DNA from: an uncultured Victivallales bacterium
GTDB taxonomy: Bacteria > Verrucomicrobiota > Kiritimatiellia > UBA8416
Assembly (NCBI GenBank): GCA_964387425.1
Contig: CAYLXP010000099.1
Span: forward strand, 1 to 20,997
Reading direction: 5' to 3'
Length of the DNA stretch: 20,997 nucleotides
Shown: in pieces, positions 1 through 6,626 of the stretch
Position numbering within the stretch: position 1 is the first letter of the stretch
How the letters are laid out: the number at the start of each line of letters is the position of its first letter
The notes under the pieces: model-generated
Databases searched by the model: none
The model's input: only the letters and a program-made list of their open reading frames with translations
Told to the model about the DNA's origin: nothing
Made by a program: the position numbers and the translations under genes

Positions 1-114
1 CTCATACGGCCAGAATAGGCCGACTGCCTACTAGAGTAAAGGGGATACCCAGTTGAGGACATTTTCGAGCGGACCGTTGAGCTCGCAGAATCCGTCCGCC
101 ATTACTCTATTAAG

Positions 115-927
115 TTGAAACGGATGCTGGACGTCAGTGACAAATTTGCCGGCACGGTTCTGCTGCTGGATGACGTCACGAAACGTAAAGAGGCGGAAGC
201 CGAGCTGCAGTCGCTGGCGGAGGAGCTGGAGCGTTCCAACAAGGAGTTGGAGCAGTTTGGCTACGTTGTTTCGCATGACCTGCAGGAGCCGCTGCGCAAA
301 GTCATCGCTTTTGGTGAGCGCTTGAGGAGAAGCTGCGGCGAGGCGCTGGACGAGACCGGGACGGACTCGCTCGATCGGATGACCAATGCCGCGGAGCGAA
401 TGAAGACGTTAATCCAGAGTCTGCTGGCCTATGCGCGGGTGACTACCCGAGCCAAGCCTTTTGAAACGGTTGACCTCAATGTCGCGGTGGAGGAGGTGGT
501 CTCCGATCTCGAGGTCCGCATTGAGGAGACGGAGGGGCGCGTTGATGTCGGCACGCTGCCGAGCATCGACGCGGAGCCCGTGCAGGTTCGGCAGCTCTTC
601 CAGAACCTGATCGGGAATGCGCTTAAGTTCAGGAGGCCGGACGTTGCACCGGTTGTGACCATCTCGTCCGAGCCGGTTGCAGAGGGCGATTTCGACGGCC
701 ACCGCATAACCGTGTCCGATAACGGAATTGGCTTCGACATGAAGTACAAGGACCGCGTGTTTGGCGTCTTCCAGCGTCTCCATGGGCGGGGCGTCTACGA
801 GGGATCCGGCATCGGTTTGGCCATCTGCAGCCGGATCGTTGACCGACATGGCGGGTCGATCGACGTGACCAGCGCCGTGGGCGAGGGGACTTTCTTTACC
901 TTTACGCTACCCAGCCGCCACGCCTGA
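115..927 (+). CDS. histidine kinase catalytic core (end of a PAS domain, coiled coil, HisKA, HATPase_c); sensory N-terminus missing or disrupted
   Basis: H-box 'VVSHDLQEPLRKV', N-box 'QLFQNLIGNALKF', G1 'SDNGIGFD' and G2 'GSGIGLAICSRIV' are all visible in the translation. The segment 'GTVLLLDDVTKRKEAEAEL' looks like the C-terminal strands of a PAS domain. The same frame has stops at 16-18 (TAG) and 37-39 (TAA), and all three forward frames are closed within the first 60 nt. The first usable starts are TTG 115 and ATG 124. Confidence 0.7.
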   Translation: MKRMLDVSDKFAGTVLLLDDVTKRKEAEAELQSLAEELERSNKELEQFGYVVSHDLQEPLRKVIAFGERLRRSCGEALDETGTDSLDRMTNAAERMKTLIQSLLAYARVTTRAKPFETVDLNVAVEEVVSDLEVRIEETEGRVDVGTLPSIDAEPVQVRQLFQNLIGNALKFRRPDVAPVVTISSEPVAEGDFDGHRITVSDNGIGFDMKYKDRVFGVFQRLHGRGVYEGSGIGLAICSRIVDRHGGSIDVTSAVGEGTFFTFTLPSRHA

Positions 928-1320
928 GCTACGCACGTCGCGGATGAAGTCAGCATACTGCATATCGGTAGTCGCGCTATGTTCCGCTAGCCACCCGACC
1001 ATTGCGTTCCTGAGGCGTGCAGGATTCAGCGCGTCACGCTCAAAGGCATCGACATGCTTCAGGAATGCCTCGGCCGCCTGCTCGTGGTCGGATTGATGCA
1101 GAGCGAATCCCGGAACCTTGTAGTGGCGAACCAGGTGTTCCTCACTAGTGAAATGGAAGTCCAGGTAGCCTTCAATCTCATGCAGCAGCCCGGCCATCTC
1201 TTCGCGAGCGCAGGTTTCCTCTATCTTGTCGAACAGGGCATAGAGGTAGTCGTGCTGCGCATCCATCTCCGGAATACCCAACCTCGGCCTGCTTCGTTCT
1301 TCTGCCATGGCGCGTATCAT
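907..1320 (-). CDS. hemerythrin-like (HHE cation-binding) protein
   Basis: The translation carries spaced His/Glu motifs typical of hemerythrin: 'DAQHDYLYALFDKIEE', 'HFTSEEHLVRHYKVPGF', 'HQSDHEQ' and 'FLKHVDAFERD'. It converges on the kinase gene with a 21-bp overlap. The start is ambiguous: ATG at 1320 or 1308, or TTG at 1344. The ribosome-binding site is weak. Confidence 0.6.
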   Translation of the reverse strand: MIRAMAEERSRPRLGIPEMDAQHDYLYALFDKIEETCAREEMAGLLHEIEGYLDFHFTSEEHLVRHYKVPGFALHQSDHEQAAEAFLKHVDAFERDALNPARLRNAMVGWLAEHSATTDMQYADFIRDVRSSGVAAG

Positions 1321-1365
1321 TCCCCACCGGGCTGCGTAGGTCAATCAAGATGGGGGGCAGATTGC

Positions 1366-1615
1366 GGTGGCAAACCCACCCCGATTGGATAAAAGCAACG
1401 CACAGAGCGAGGCACCGAACCCACCCCGCCTCTCGGGGACTCGAGGCACCCCTCCCAAGAGGGGATTCTCGCTTACTCAATCCAAGACCGTTCTCTCACT
1501 AACCCTCCGAAATCCCCTCTCGGGAGGGGTGACCGGCGCAAGCTGGTCGGGGTGGGTTCGTCGCCAGAAGGTAAGGGGAAACCGCGAGACGGCATACCAC
1601 GTTGTGGTAGTTTTT
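1366..1615 (+). other. highly structured GC-rich RNA-like element in a divergent intergenic region, ending in a terminator-like hairpin
   Basis: Local hairpins: 1366-1380 (ggtgg-caaac-ccacc), 1424-1438 (ccccg-cctct-cgggg), 1449-1464 (cccctc-ccaa-gagggg) and 1514-1529 (cccctc-tcgg-gagggg). The 10-mer 'aacccacccc' occurs at 1373-1382 and 1418-1427, and its exact complement 'ggggtgggtt' at 1549-1558, so the two copies compete for one partner. The second copy overlaps the 5' arm of the 1424-1438 hairpin. A 6-bp stem (1595-1600 with 1604-1609) is followed by T5 at 1611-1615. Confidence 0.3.
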
Positions 1616-1705
1616 GTCGTTGACTTCCTTTGTCCCGTGCGGGAAAATCTAGGTGAAAAGAAGGCTGGAGGCGTCTCCTTCAAGTCGAGTCACGGGAGGA
1701 CTCTG

Positions 1706-2443
1706 ATGAGCGCATCTCTCGGCGAAAAGGTCCCCAGGGGGAATGGCCCACCCGTGGATATGGATGCATTCCCCGAGCCCGGGCTCTACCTACAGCTCCC
1801 TGACGGTGAGTGGATTGTCATGACCCATCATGTCGTCGAAACGGCCACCCGGGCGATGCTGGACGATCCCGAGGCTATCCCCGAGCACGTGCGTGCCGCC
1901 GTCGATTACAAGCCCTGCCACATCTGCCCGGCGCGCGCCACAGCCGAGATCTGTCATGCCATTATGCCGGTCCTGCCGTTCTTCGACGCTCTTGACAAGT
2001 ACCTGTCACACGAGCAAGTCACCGCGGTCTACCGGGATGATGTTGGGCTGACGGTCGTCAAAACCTCGATGCAGAATGCACTCATGTTCATTACGATTCT
2101 CAGCCTGACAGAATATTGCGAAGTCGGGCAGGAGTACGCCTGCTTCTTCGATGGCGTTAACCCACTGATGCCGGGTGACCTGATAGCCAAGTCCGTATTC
2201 CAGAGCATCTTCCTTGCGTCGGATGGCGATTTGACAAAGGTAAGGAACGCGATAAACACGATATCGACAGATCTACTGGAAACGGCGCGATGCCAGGTGA
2301 AGAGGCTGGGCTTGATCTGCGGTCGTGACTCCTTGCTGAACGCATTCGTGAACACCGAGATGATCATGCAGTTTGTCGAGCTGGAGTTCGAGAAACACCT
2401 GGAGGCCCGAGGGCTGGGGTTCGGTGACATTGCGGATACGTGA
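1706..2443 (+). CDS. hypothetical Cys-rich protein (245 aa) of unknown family
   Basis: A strong RBS GGGAGGA (1694-1700) sits 5 nt before ATG 1706. The frame stays open to TGA 2441-2443. Cys motifs are 'CHICPARATAEICH' and 'EYCEVGQEYAC'. I do not recognise the family. The ORF-track 5' extension back to 1367 runs through the hairpin-rich region and is probably not coding. Confidence 0.55.
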   Translation: MSASLGEKVPRGNGPPVDMDAFPEPGLYLQLPDGEWIVMTHHVVETATRAMLDDPEAIPEHVRAAVDYKPCHICPARATAEICHAIMPVLPFFDALDKYLSHEQVTAVYRDDVGLTVVKTSMQNALMFITILSLTEYCEVGQEYACFFDGVNPLMPGDLIAKSVFQSIFLASDGDLTKVRNAINTISTDLLETARCQVKRLGLICGRDSLLNAFVNTEMIMQFVELEFEKHLEARGLGFGDIADT

Positions 2444-2479
2444 GGGTGGCGATCGGGCTATTCGTCTGTGCTTCCTTAA

Positions 2480-2508
2480 TTGACAGTCACACACAAAACC
2501 CGTAGCTT
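2480..2508 (+). promoter_or_regulatory. sigma70-like promoter for thrS (TTGACA-N17-TAGCTT)
   Basis: A perfect -35 TTGACA at 2480-2485, a 17-nt spacer, then -10 TAGCTT at 2503-2508. This is about 60 nt upstream of the thrS start. The leader contains a small hairpin 'ggcc-aaata-ggcc' at 2522-2534. Confidence 0.4.
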
Positions 2509-2566
2509 TCCCTTTGTTTTTGGCCAAATAGGCCAGCACGCGAACCAAACACGGGAGTGACTCCAA

Positions 2567-4282
2567 TTGGATCTTGAACGACTGCGCCACAGTACGGCGC
2601 ATGTGATGGCCGCCGCCATCTGCCGACTCTATGATGACGTTCTGTTGGACATCGGGCCGGCGACGGATAGCGGTTTCTACTACGACGTAGACCTCCCGAA
2701 GCGCATTGCTCCCGAAGACTTTGCCGATATCGAGGCCGAGATGGCCAAGATCGTGGCGGAGAAATCCCCCTTCGAACGGGTCGAAGTGTCGCGTGAAGAA
2801 GCGGTCAAGATGCTGACTGAACTGGGGCAGACCTTCAAGCTCGAGCGGCTCCACGACATCCCCGAGGGGGAGGCGATCACCTTCTATCGTTGTGGCGACT
2901 TCATCGACCTTTGCCGCGGTCCGCACGTGGACAACACTGGCGACATCCGGGGTTTCAAGCTTACCTCCGTGGCCGGTTCTTACTTCCACGGCAAAGAGAC
3001 GAACCCGATGCTGCAGCGTATCTATGGCATCGCGGCCCAGTCTCCCAAGCAGATCAAGGTGCAGCTGAAGCAGCTTGAAGAGGCAAAGAAGCGCGATCAC
3101 CGCAAGATCGGCAAGGAGCTGGACCTGTTCAGTATCCAGGAAGACGTTGGCCCGGGGTTGGTGCATTGGCATCCACGGGGGGCACGGATTCGCTCCATCA
3201 TCGAGGATTTCTGGAAGCGCGAGCATTTCCGGGCCGGCTACGAGCTGCTCTACTCGCCGCACATCGGCCGGGCCGAGCTCTGGCAGACATCCGGGCACAT
3301 CGACTTCTATAAGGAGAATATGTACTCGCCGATGGATGTGGACGATCACGACTACTTCGTGAAGCCGATGAACTGCCCATTCCATATCCAGGTCTATAAG
3401 AGCCAGAAACGCTCCTATCGCGATCTCCCGCTGCGTTGGGCCGAGCTGGGTACCGTCTACCGCTATGAGAAGAGCGGCGTGCTGCACGGGCTGCTGCGCG
3501 TGCGCGGCTTCACACAGGACGATGCCCATATCTTCTGCACGCCGGAGAAGATCCAGGAAGAGGTCAAGACCACGGTCACCTTTGCGCTGAATATGCTCAA
3601 GGCCTTCGGCTTTGAAGACATCAGCGCCTATCTCTCGACGCGTCCGGAGAAGGCCGTTGGCGAGCAGACCCGCTGGGAACAGGCAACCGCTTCACTGAAG
3701 CGCGCGCTGGAAGCCGAATCGATCGACTACGAGGTCGATGTCGGTGGCGGCGCCTTCTACGGTCCAAAGATTGACCTCAAGATCAAGGATGCCATCGGCC
3801 GTGAGTGGCAGATGGGGACAATCCAGTTTGATTTCAACCTTCCGGAACGCTTTGATATGAAATACACCGGTGAGGATGGCAAGGATCACCGGCCCTACAT
3901 GGTGCACCGCGCACTGCTCGGCAGTATCGAGCGGTTCTTCGGCGTGCTGGTGGAGCACTACGGCGGTAAGTTCCCGCTGTGGCTGGCCCCGGAGCAGGTC
4001 AAGGTCCTTCCCATTACCGACGATCAGCTTGAATACGCCGACCAGGTTGCCGAAACCTTGCGCGCCGCCGACTTCCGCGTGGCCGTTGACCGGCGTTCCG
4101 AGCGAATTGGTGCGAAGATTCGGGTGGCCCGCAACGAGCGTGTGCCGTACATGATTATCCTGGGCGGAAACGAACAGGAGAGCCAGACCGTGGCCCTTCG
4201 CGGGCGGGATGGCGAGCAAGAAGTGATGTCGCTTGAAACTGCAATGGAGCAGCTGCAGGCAGAGGTAGAAAACCAAGCATAG
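2567..4282 (+). CDS. thrS: threonyl-tRNA synthetase lacking the N-terminal TGS (N1) domain
   Basis: Editing-domain motifs '[12 protein letters not shown]' (HxxxH) and 'DLCRGPHV' (CxxxH) are present. Class II catalytic motifs include '[14 protein letters not shown]', '[17 protein letters not shown]' and '[13 protein letters not shown]', followed by the anticodon-binding C-terminus. TTG start at 2567 has RBS GGGAG at 2553-2557. An in-frame TGA at 2558-2560 rules out a longer N-terminus. Confidence 0.9.
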   Translation: MDLERLRHSTAHVMAAAICRLYDDVLLDIGPATDSGFYYDVDLPKRIAPEDFADIEAEMAKIVAEKSPFERVEVSREEAVKMLTELGQTFKLERLHDIPEGEAITFYRCGDFIDLCRGPHVDNTGDIRGFKLTSVAGSYFHGKETNPMLQRIYGIAAQSPKQIKVQLKQLEEAKKRDHRKIGKELDLFSIQEDVGPGLVHWHPRGARIRSIIEDFWKREHFRAGYELLYSPHIGRAELWQTSGHIDFYKENMYSPMDVDDHDYFVKPMNCPFHIQVYKSQKRSYRDLPLRWAELGTVYRYEKSGVLHGLLRVRGFTQDDAHIFCTPEKIQEEVKTTVTFALNMLKAFGFEDISAYLSTRPEKAVGEQTRWEQATASLKRALEAESIDYEVDVGGGAFYGPKIDLKIKDAIGREWQMGTIQFDFNLPERFDMKYTGEDGKDHRPYMVHRALLGSIERFFGVLVEHYGGKFPLWLAPEQVKVLPITDDQLEYADQVAETLRAADFRVAVDRRSERIGAKIRVARNERVPYMIILGGNEQESQTVALRGRDGEQEVMSLETAMEQLQAEVENQA

Positions 4283-4293
4283 GGAGGTCGACT

Positions 4294-4821
4294 ATTCGTT
4301 CGTTCATCAGAGTCAATCTTAAGATCCGCGTACCCGAGGTCCGCCTGACGGGCCACGATGGCACACAGCTCGGCGTGATGTCGACGCGTGACGCCATGAA
4401 GAAGGCCCACGAGTTGGGCTTGGATCTTGTCGAGATTTCGCCGAACGCCAATCCACCGGTCTGTCGCCTGATGGACTACGGCAAATTCCGGTACGAGCAA
4501 GGCCGCAAGCAGCGTGAACAGCGCAAGCACCAGCACCAGAATGCGGTCAAAGAGATCAAGTTCCGCCCCAACGTGGGTGACCATGACTACGAGACCAAGG
4601 TCAATCACGTCCGGAAGTTCCTTGAAAAGGGCCACAAAGTTAAGATCAGCCTGACCTTCCGCGGGCGCGAAAACGCACATCGCGAGCTCGGTTTCGCGGT
4701 TGTTGAGCGCGTCATCAAGGACTGCGAAGATCTCAGCACCGTGGACATGGCTCCCAAGCGGGTCGGTCGCATGATCGTGGCCATGCTGGGCGTTCGCTCC
4801 GGCAAGGGCTCAAAGAGCTAA
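4294..4821 (+). CDS. infC: translation initiation factor IF-3, probable AUU start
   Basis: The tracked ORF (4375-4821) begins 'MMSTRDAMKKAHELGLDLVEISPNANPPVCRLMDYGKF', which is IF-3. The same frame is open upstream and reads 'IRSFIRVNLKIRVPEVRLTGHDGTQLGV'. That is the conserved IF-3 N-terminus, and it contains no ATG, GTG or TTG. ATT at 4294-4296 lies 6 nt after RBS AGGGAGG (4281-4287), which overlaps the thrS stop. AUU is the known autoregulatory infC start in many bacteria. Confidence 0.8.
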   Translation: MRSFIRVNLKIRVPEVRLTGHDGTQLGVMSTRDAMKKAHELGLDLVEISPNANPPVCRLMDYGKFRYEQGRKQREQRKHQHQNAVKEIKFRPNVGDHDYETKVNHVRKFLEKGHKVKISLTFRGRENAHRELGFAVVERVIKDCEDLSTVDMAPKRVGRMIVAMLGVRSGKGSKS

Positions 4822-4947
4822 AAAAAGCGATAAAAACGCTGGACGCCTCTTGGTGATTGCGATAGCGTACGGGCCTTTTCCATCCGGGACCGAGAAGTGC
4901 TTAGTGCCTCCTGGGATGGGCAACACGACTAGAGAGACGGGGGCAAC

Positions 4948-5142
4948 ATGCCTAAGACGAAGACAAATAAGTCGGCAGCGAAGCGGATCAAAGTGACCGC
5001 ATCCGGTAAGCTGAAGTACTCGAAAGCGGGCTCGGGACACCTGTTGTCCAGCAAGACCCGCAAGCGCAAACGCAACCTGCGTAAGGCCGGGGTCCTAAGC
5101 CCGGCAGAGAACAAGCGCATCAAGACGCTCCTCGCGTCCTAG
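4948..5142 (+). CDS. rpmI: 50S ribosomal protein L35
   Basis: 'MPKTKTNKSAAKRIKVTASGKLKYSKAGSGHLLSSKTRKRKRNLRK' is a typical L35 sequence. It sits in the conserved infC-rpmI-rplT position. Confidence 0.9.
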   Translation: MPKTKTNKSAAKRIKVTASGKLKYSKAGSGHLLSSKTRKRKRNLRKAGVLSPAENKRIKTLLAS

Positions 5143-5167
5143 CAACCCTTTTTTCAGGAGAAGAATC

Positions 5168-5524
5168 ATGCCAAGAGCAACAAACGCACCAGCATCACGC
5201 CGTCGGCGTCGTCGCGTTCTTGACCAGGCCAAGGGCTTCCGTGGAGGACGCAGCAAGCTGTTCCGTACCGCTACCGAGGCCGTCGACCGCGCCATGCGCA
5301 TGTCGACCACACATCGCAAGGACAAGAAGCGCAGCTACCGCCGCCTCTGGATCAGCCGTGTCTCGGCTGCCTGCCGCCTGAATGATATTTCGTACAACCG
5401 GTTCATCGAAGGTCTTACCAAGGCTAACGTTGGGCTGAACCGCAAAATGCTTTCCGAGATCGCTATTCACGATCCCGAGGGCTTTACGAAGATCGTCGAG
5501 CAGGCTAAGGCCAGCCTGGCGTAG
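5168..5524 (+). CDS. rplT: 50S ribosomal protein L20
   Basis: 'ASRRRRRRVLDQAKGFRGGRSKLFRTATEAVDRAMRMSTTHRKDKKRSYRRLWISRVSAACR' is a typical L20 sequence. ATG at 5168 lies 7 nt after 'caggagaag'. Confidence 0.9.
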   Translation: MPRATNAPASRRRRRRVLDQAKGFRGGRSKLFRTATEAVDRAMRMSTTHRKDKKRSYRRLWISRVSAACRLNDISYNRFIEGLTKANVGLNRKMLSEIAIHDPEGFTKIVEQAKASLA

Positions 5525-5542
5525 CGCAGATCTGTGCACCCG

Positions 5543-5572
5543 AAAAAGGCCATCCTAGGATGGCCTTTTTTT
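5543..5572 (+). terminator. intrinsic terminator/attenuator hairpin between rplT and pheS, flanked by an A-run and a T-run so possibly bidirectional
   Basis: An 8-bp GC-rich stem (aggccatc 5547-5554 with gatggcct 5559-5566) has a CTAG loop. A5 lies upstream at 5543-5547 and T7 downstream at 5566-5572. It ends 17 nt before the pheS ATG. Confidence 0.6.
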
Positions 5573-5588
5573 GTGTCGAGAGGGAATC

Positions 5589-6608
5589 ATGAACGTAGCG
5601 GAAATTGAGGCAATCAAGGCGGAAGCGCTGGCGTCGGTTGCGGCGGCAGAGACGGCCGAGGACATCGAGGCGGTTCGCATCAAGTACATTGGCCGCAAGG
5701 GCCTTCTGCCGCAGATCATGAAGGGGCTGAAGGATGTGGCCCCCGAAGAGCGCGGCGCCGTAGGGAAGGGCGCTAACGCGCTGAAGAACGCACTGGGCTC
5801 AGCCCTGGATGAGAAGCTTGCCGCCTTGAAAGGCGGCGCCGGCGATGCTCCCGCGGCGGCATTCGATACCACGCTGCCGGGACGGTGGCGTCCGCGCGGC
5901 ACGATGCACCCGATCTCCCTGGTCATTGAAGAAACCGTTCGCATTTTCAGCCGGCTCGGGTTCACCGTGGCTGAGGGTCCCGACGTTGAGACCGGGTACC
6001 GCAACTTCGAGGCGCTCAACACGCCGGACTACCATCCCTCGCTGGATCACCAGGACACCTTCTGGCTCGAGTCGGGAGAGCTGCTGCGAACGCAGACATC
6101 CCCGGTGCAGATTCGCGTGATGGAACAGCAGCCGCCGCCGGTTCGTATCGTGACCCCCGGGCGCTGCTATCGCCGCGACACCACCGATGCCACGCACAGT
6201 GCAAACTTCCACCAGATCGAAGGTCTCTATGTCGACACCGATGTTTCACTGGCGGACCTGAAGGGCACGCTGGCCTACTTTGCACATGAGATGATGGGCC
6301 CCGACGTGAAGGTCCGTTTCCGCCCGCACTTCTTCCCGTTCACCGAACCCAGCGTTGAGTGCGATTTCTCGTGCCACGTCTGCGGCGGGGATGGATGCCG
6401 GGTGTGCAAACAGAGCGGATGGATTGAGATTGCCGGCGCCGGCATGGTGGATCCGCGCGTCTTTGAGCGCGTGGGATACGATGCGACCGCGGTGATGGGG
6501 TATGCGTTCGGAATGGGAATCGAACGCATTGCAATGATCAAGTACGGCATTCCGGACATCCGGATGCTCTATGATAACGACGTCAGGTTCCTGACACAAT
6601 TTCGATAG
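5589..6608 (+). CDS. pheS: phenylalanyl-tRNA synthetase alpha subunit
   Basis: 'MNVAEIEAIKAEAL...YIGRKGLL' is a typical PheS N-terminus. Class II core motifs 'GRCYRRD' and 'FHQIEG' are present. RBS GAGAGGGAA lies at 5578-5586. The tracked ORF start at 5571 is inside the terminator T-run, so ATG 5589 is preferred. Confidence 0.9.
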   Translation: MNVAEIEAIKAEALASVAAAETAEDIEAVRIKYIGRKGLLPQIMKGLKDVAPEERGAVGKGANALKNALGSALDEKLAALKGGAGDAPAAAFDTTLPGRWRPRGTMHPISLVIEETVRIFSRLGFTVAEGPDVETGYRNFEALNTPDYHPSLDHQDTFWLESGELLRTQTSPVQIRVMEQQPPPVRIVTPGRCYRRDTTDATHSANFHQIEGLYVDTDVSLADLKGTLAYFAHEMMGPDVKVRFRPHFFPFTEPSVECDFSCHVCGGDGCRVCKQSGWIEIAGAGMVDPRVFERVGYDATAVMGYAFGMGIERIAMIKYGIPDIRMLYDNDVRFLTQFR

Positions 6609-6626
6609 AGACGGGGAGCAACCACA

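Noticed and set aside
137-325. 62-aa + strand ORF overlapping the kinase gene in another frame
   Set aside because: It lies in an alternative frame of the kinase gene, which has clear HisKA motifs. Its Arg/Ser/Trp-rich composition is typical of an off-frame GC-rich translation.
1367-1705. 5' extension of the Cys-rich ORF through the hairpin-rich region
   Set aside because: The translated extension is Pro/Arg/Gly-rich low complexity and crosses GC palindromes and a terminator-like hairpin. A strong RBS precedes the internal ATG at 1706.
2515-2566. Possible T-box or tRNA-mimic autoregulatory operator in the thrS leader
   Set aside because: The leader is only about 50 nt and contains a single 4-bp palindrome (ggcc-aaata-ggcc). 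There is no specifier or T-box sequence and no anticodon-arm mimic with a Thr anticodon. The promoter is kept, but the operator idea is dropped.
2273-3529. 418-aa ORF on the - strand antisense to thrS
   Set aside because: It lies entirely inside the well-supported thrS reading frame. Long antisense open frames are expected at this GC content, and its translation has no recognisable motifs.
4822-4947. L20-binding regulatory structure between infC and rpmI
   Set aside because: Only a weak 6-bp pairing (ccatcc 4880-4885 with ggatgg 4914-4919) was seen. Nothing resembles the known 23S-mimic pseudoknot, so it is left uncalled.
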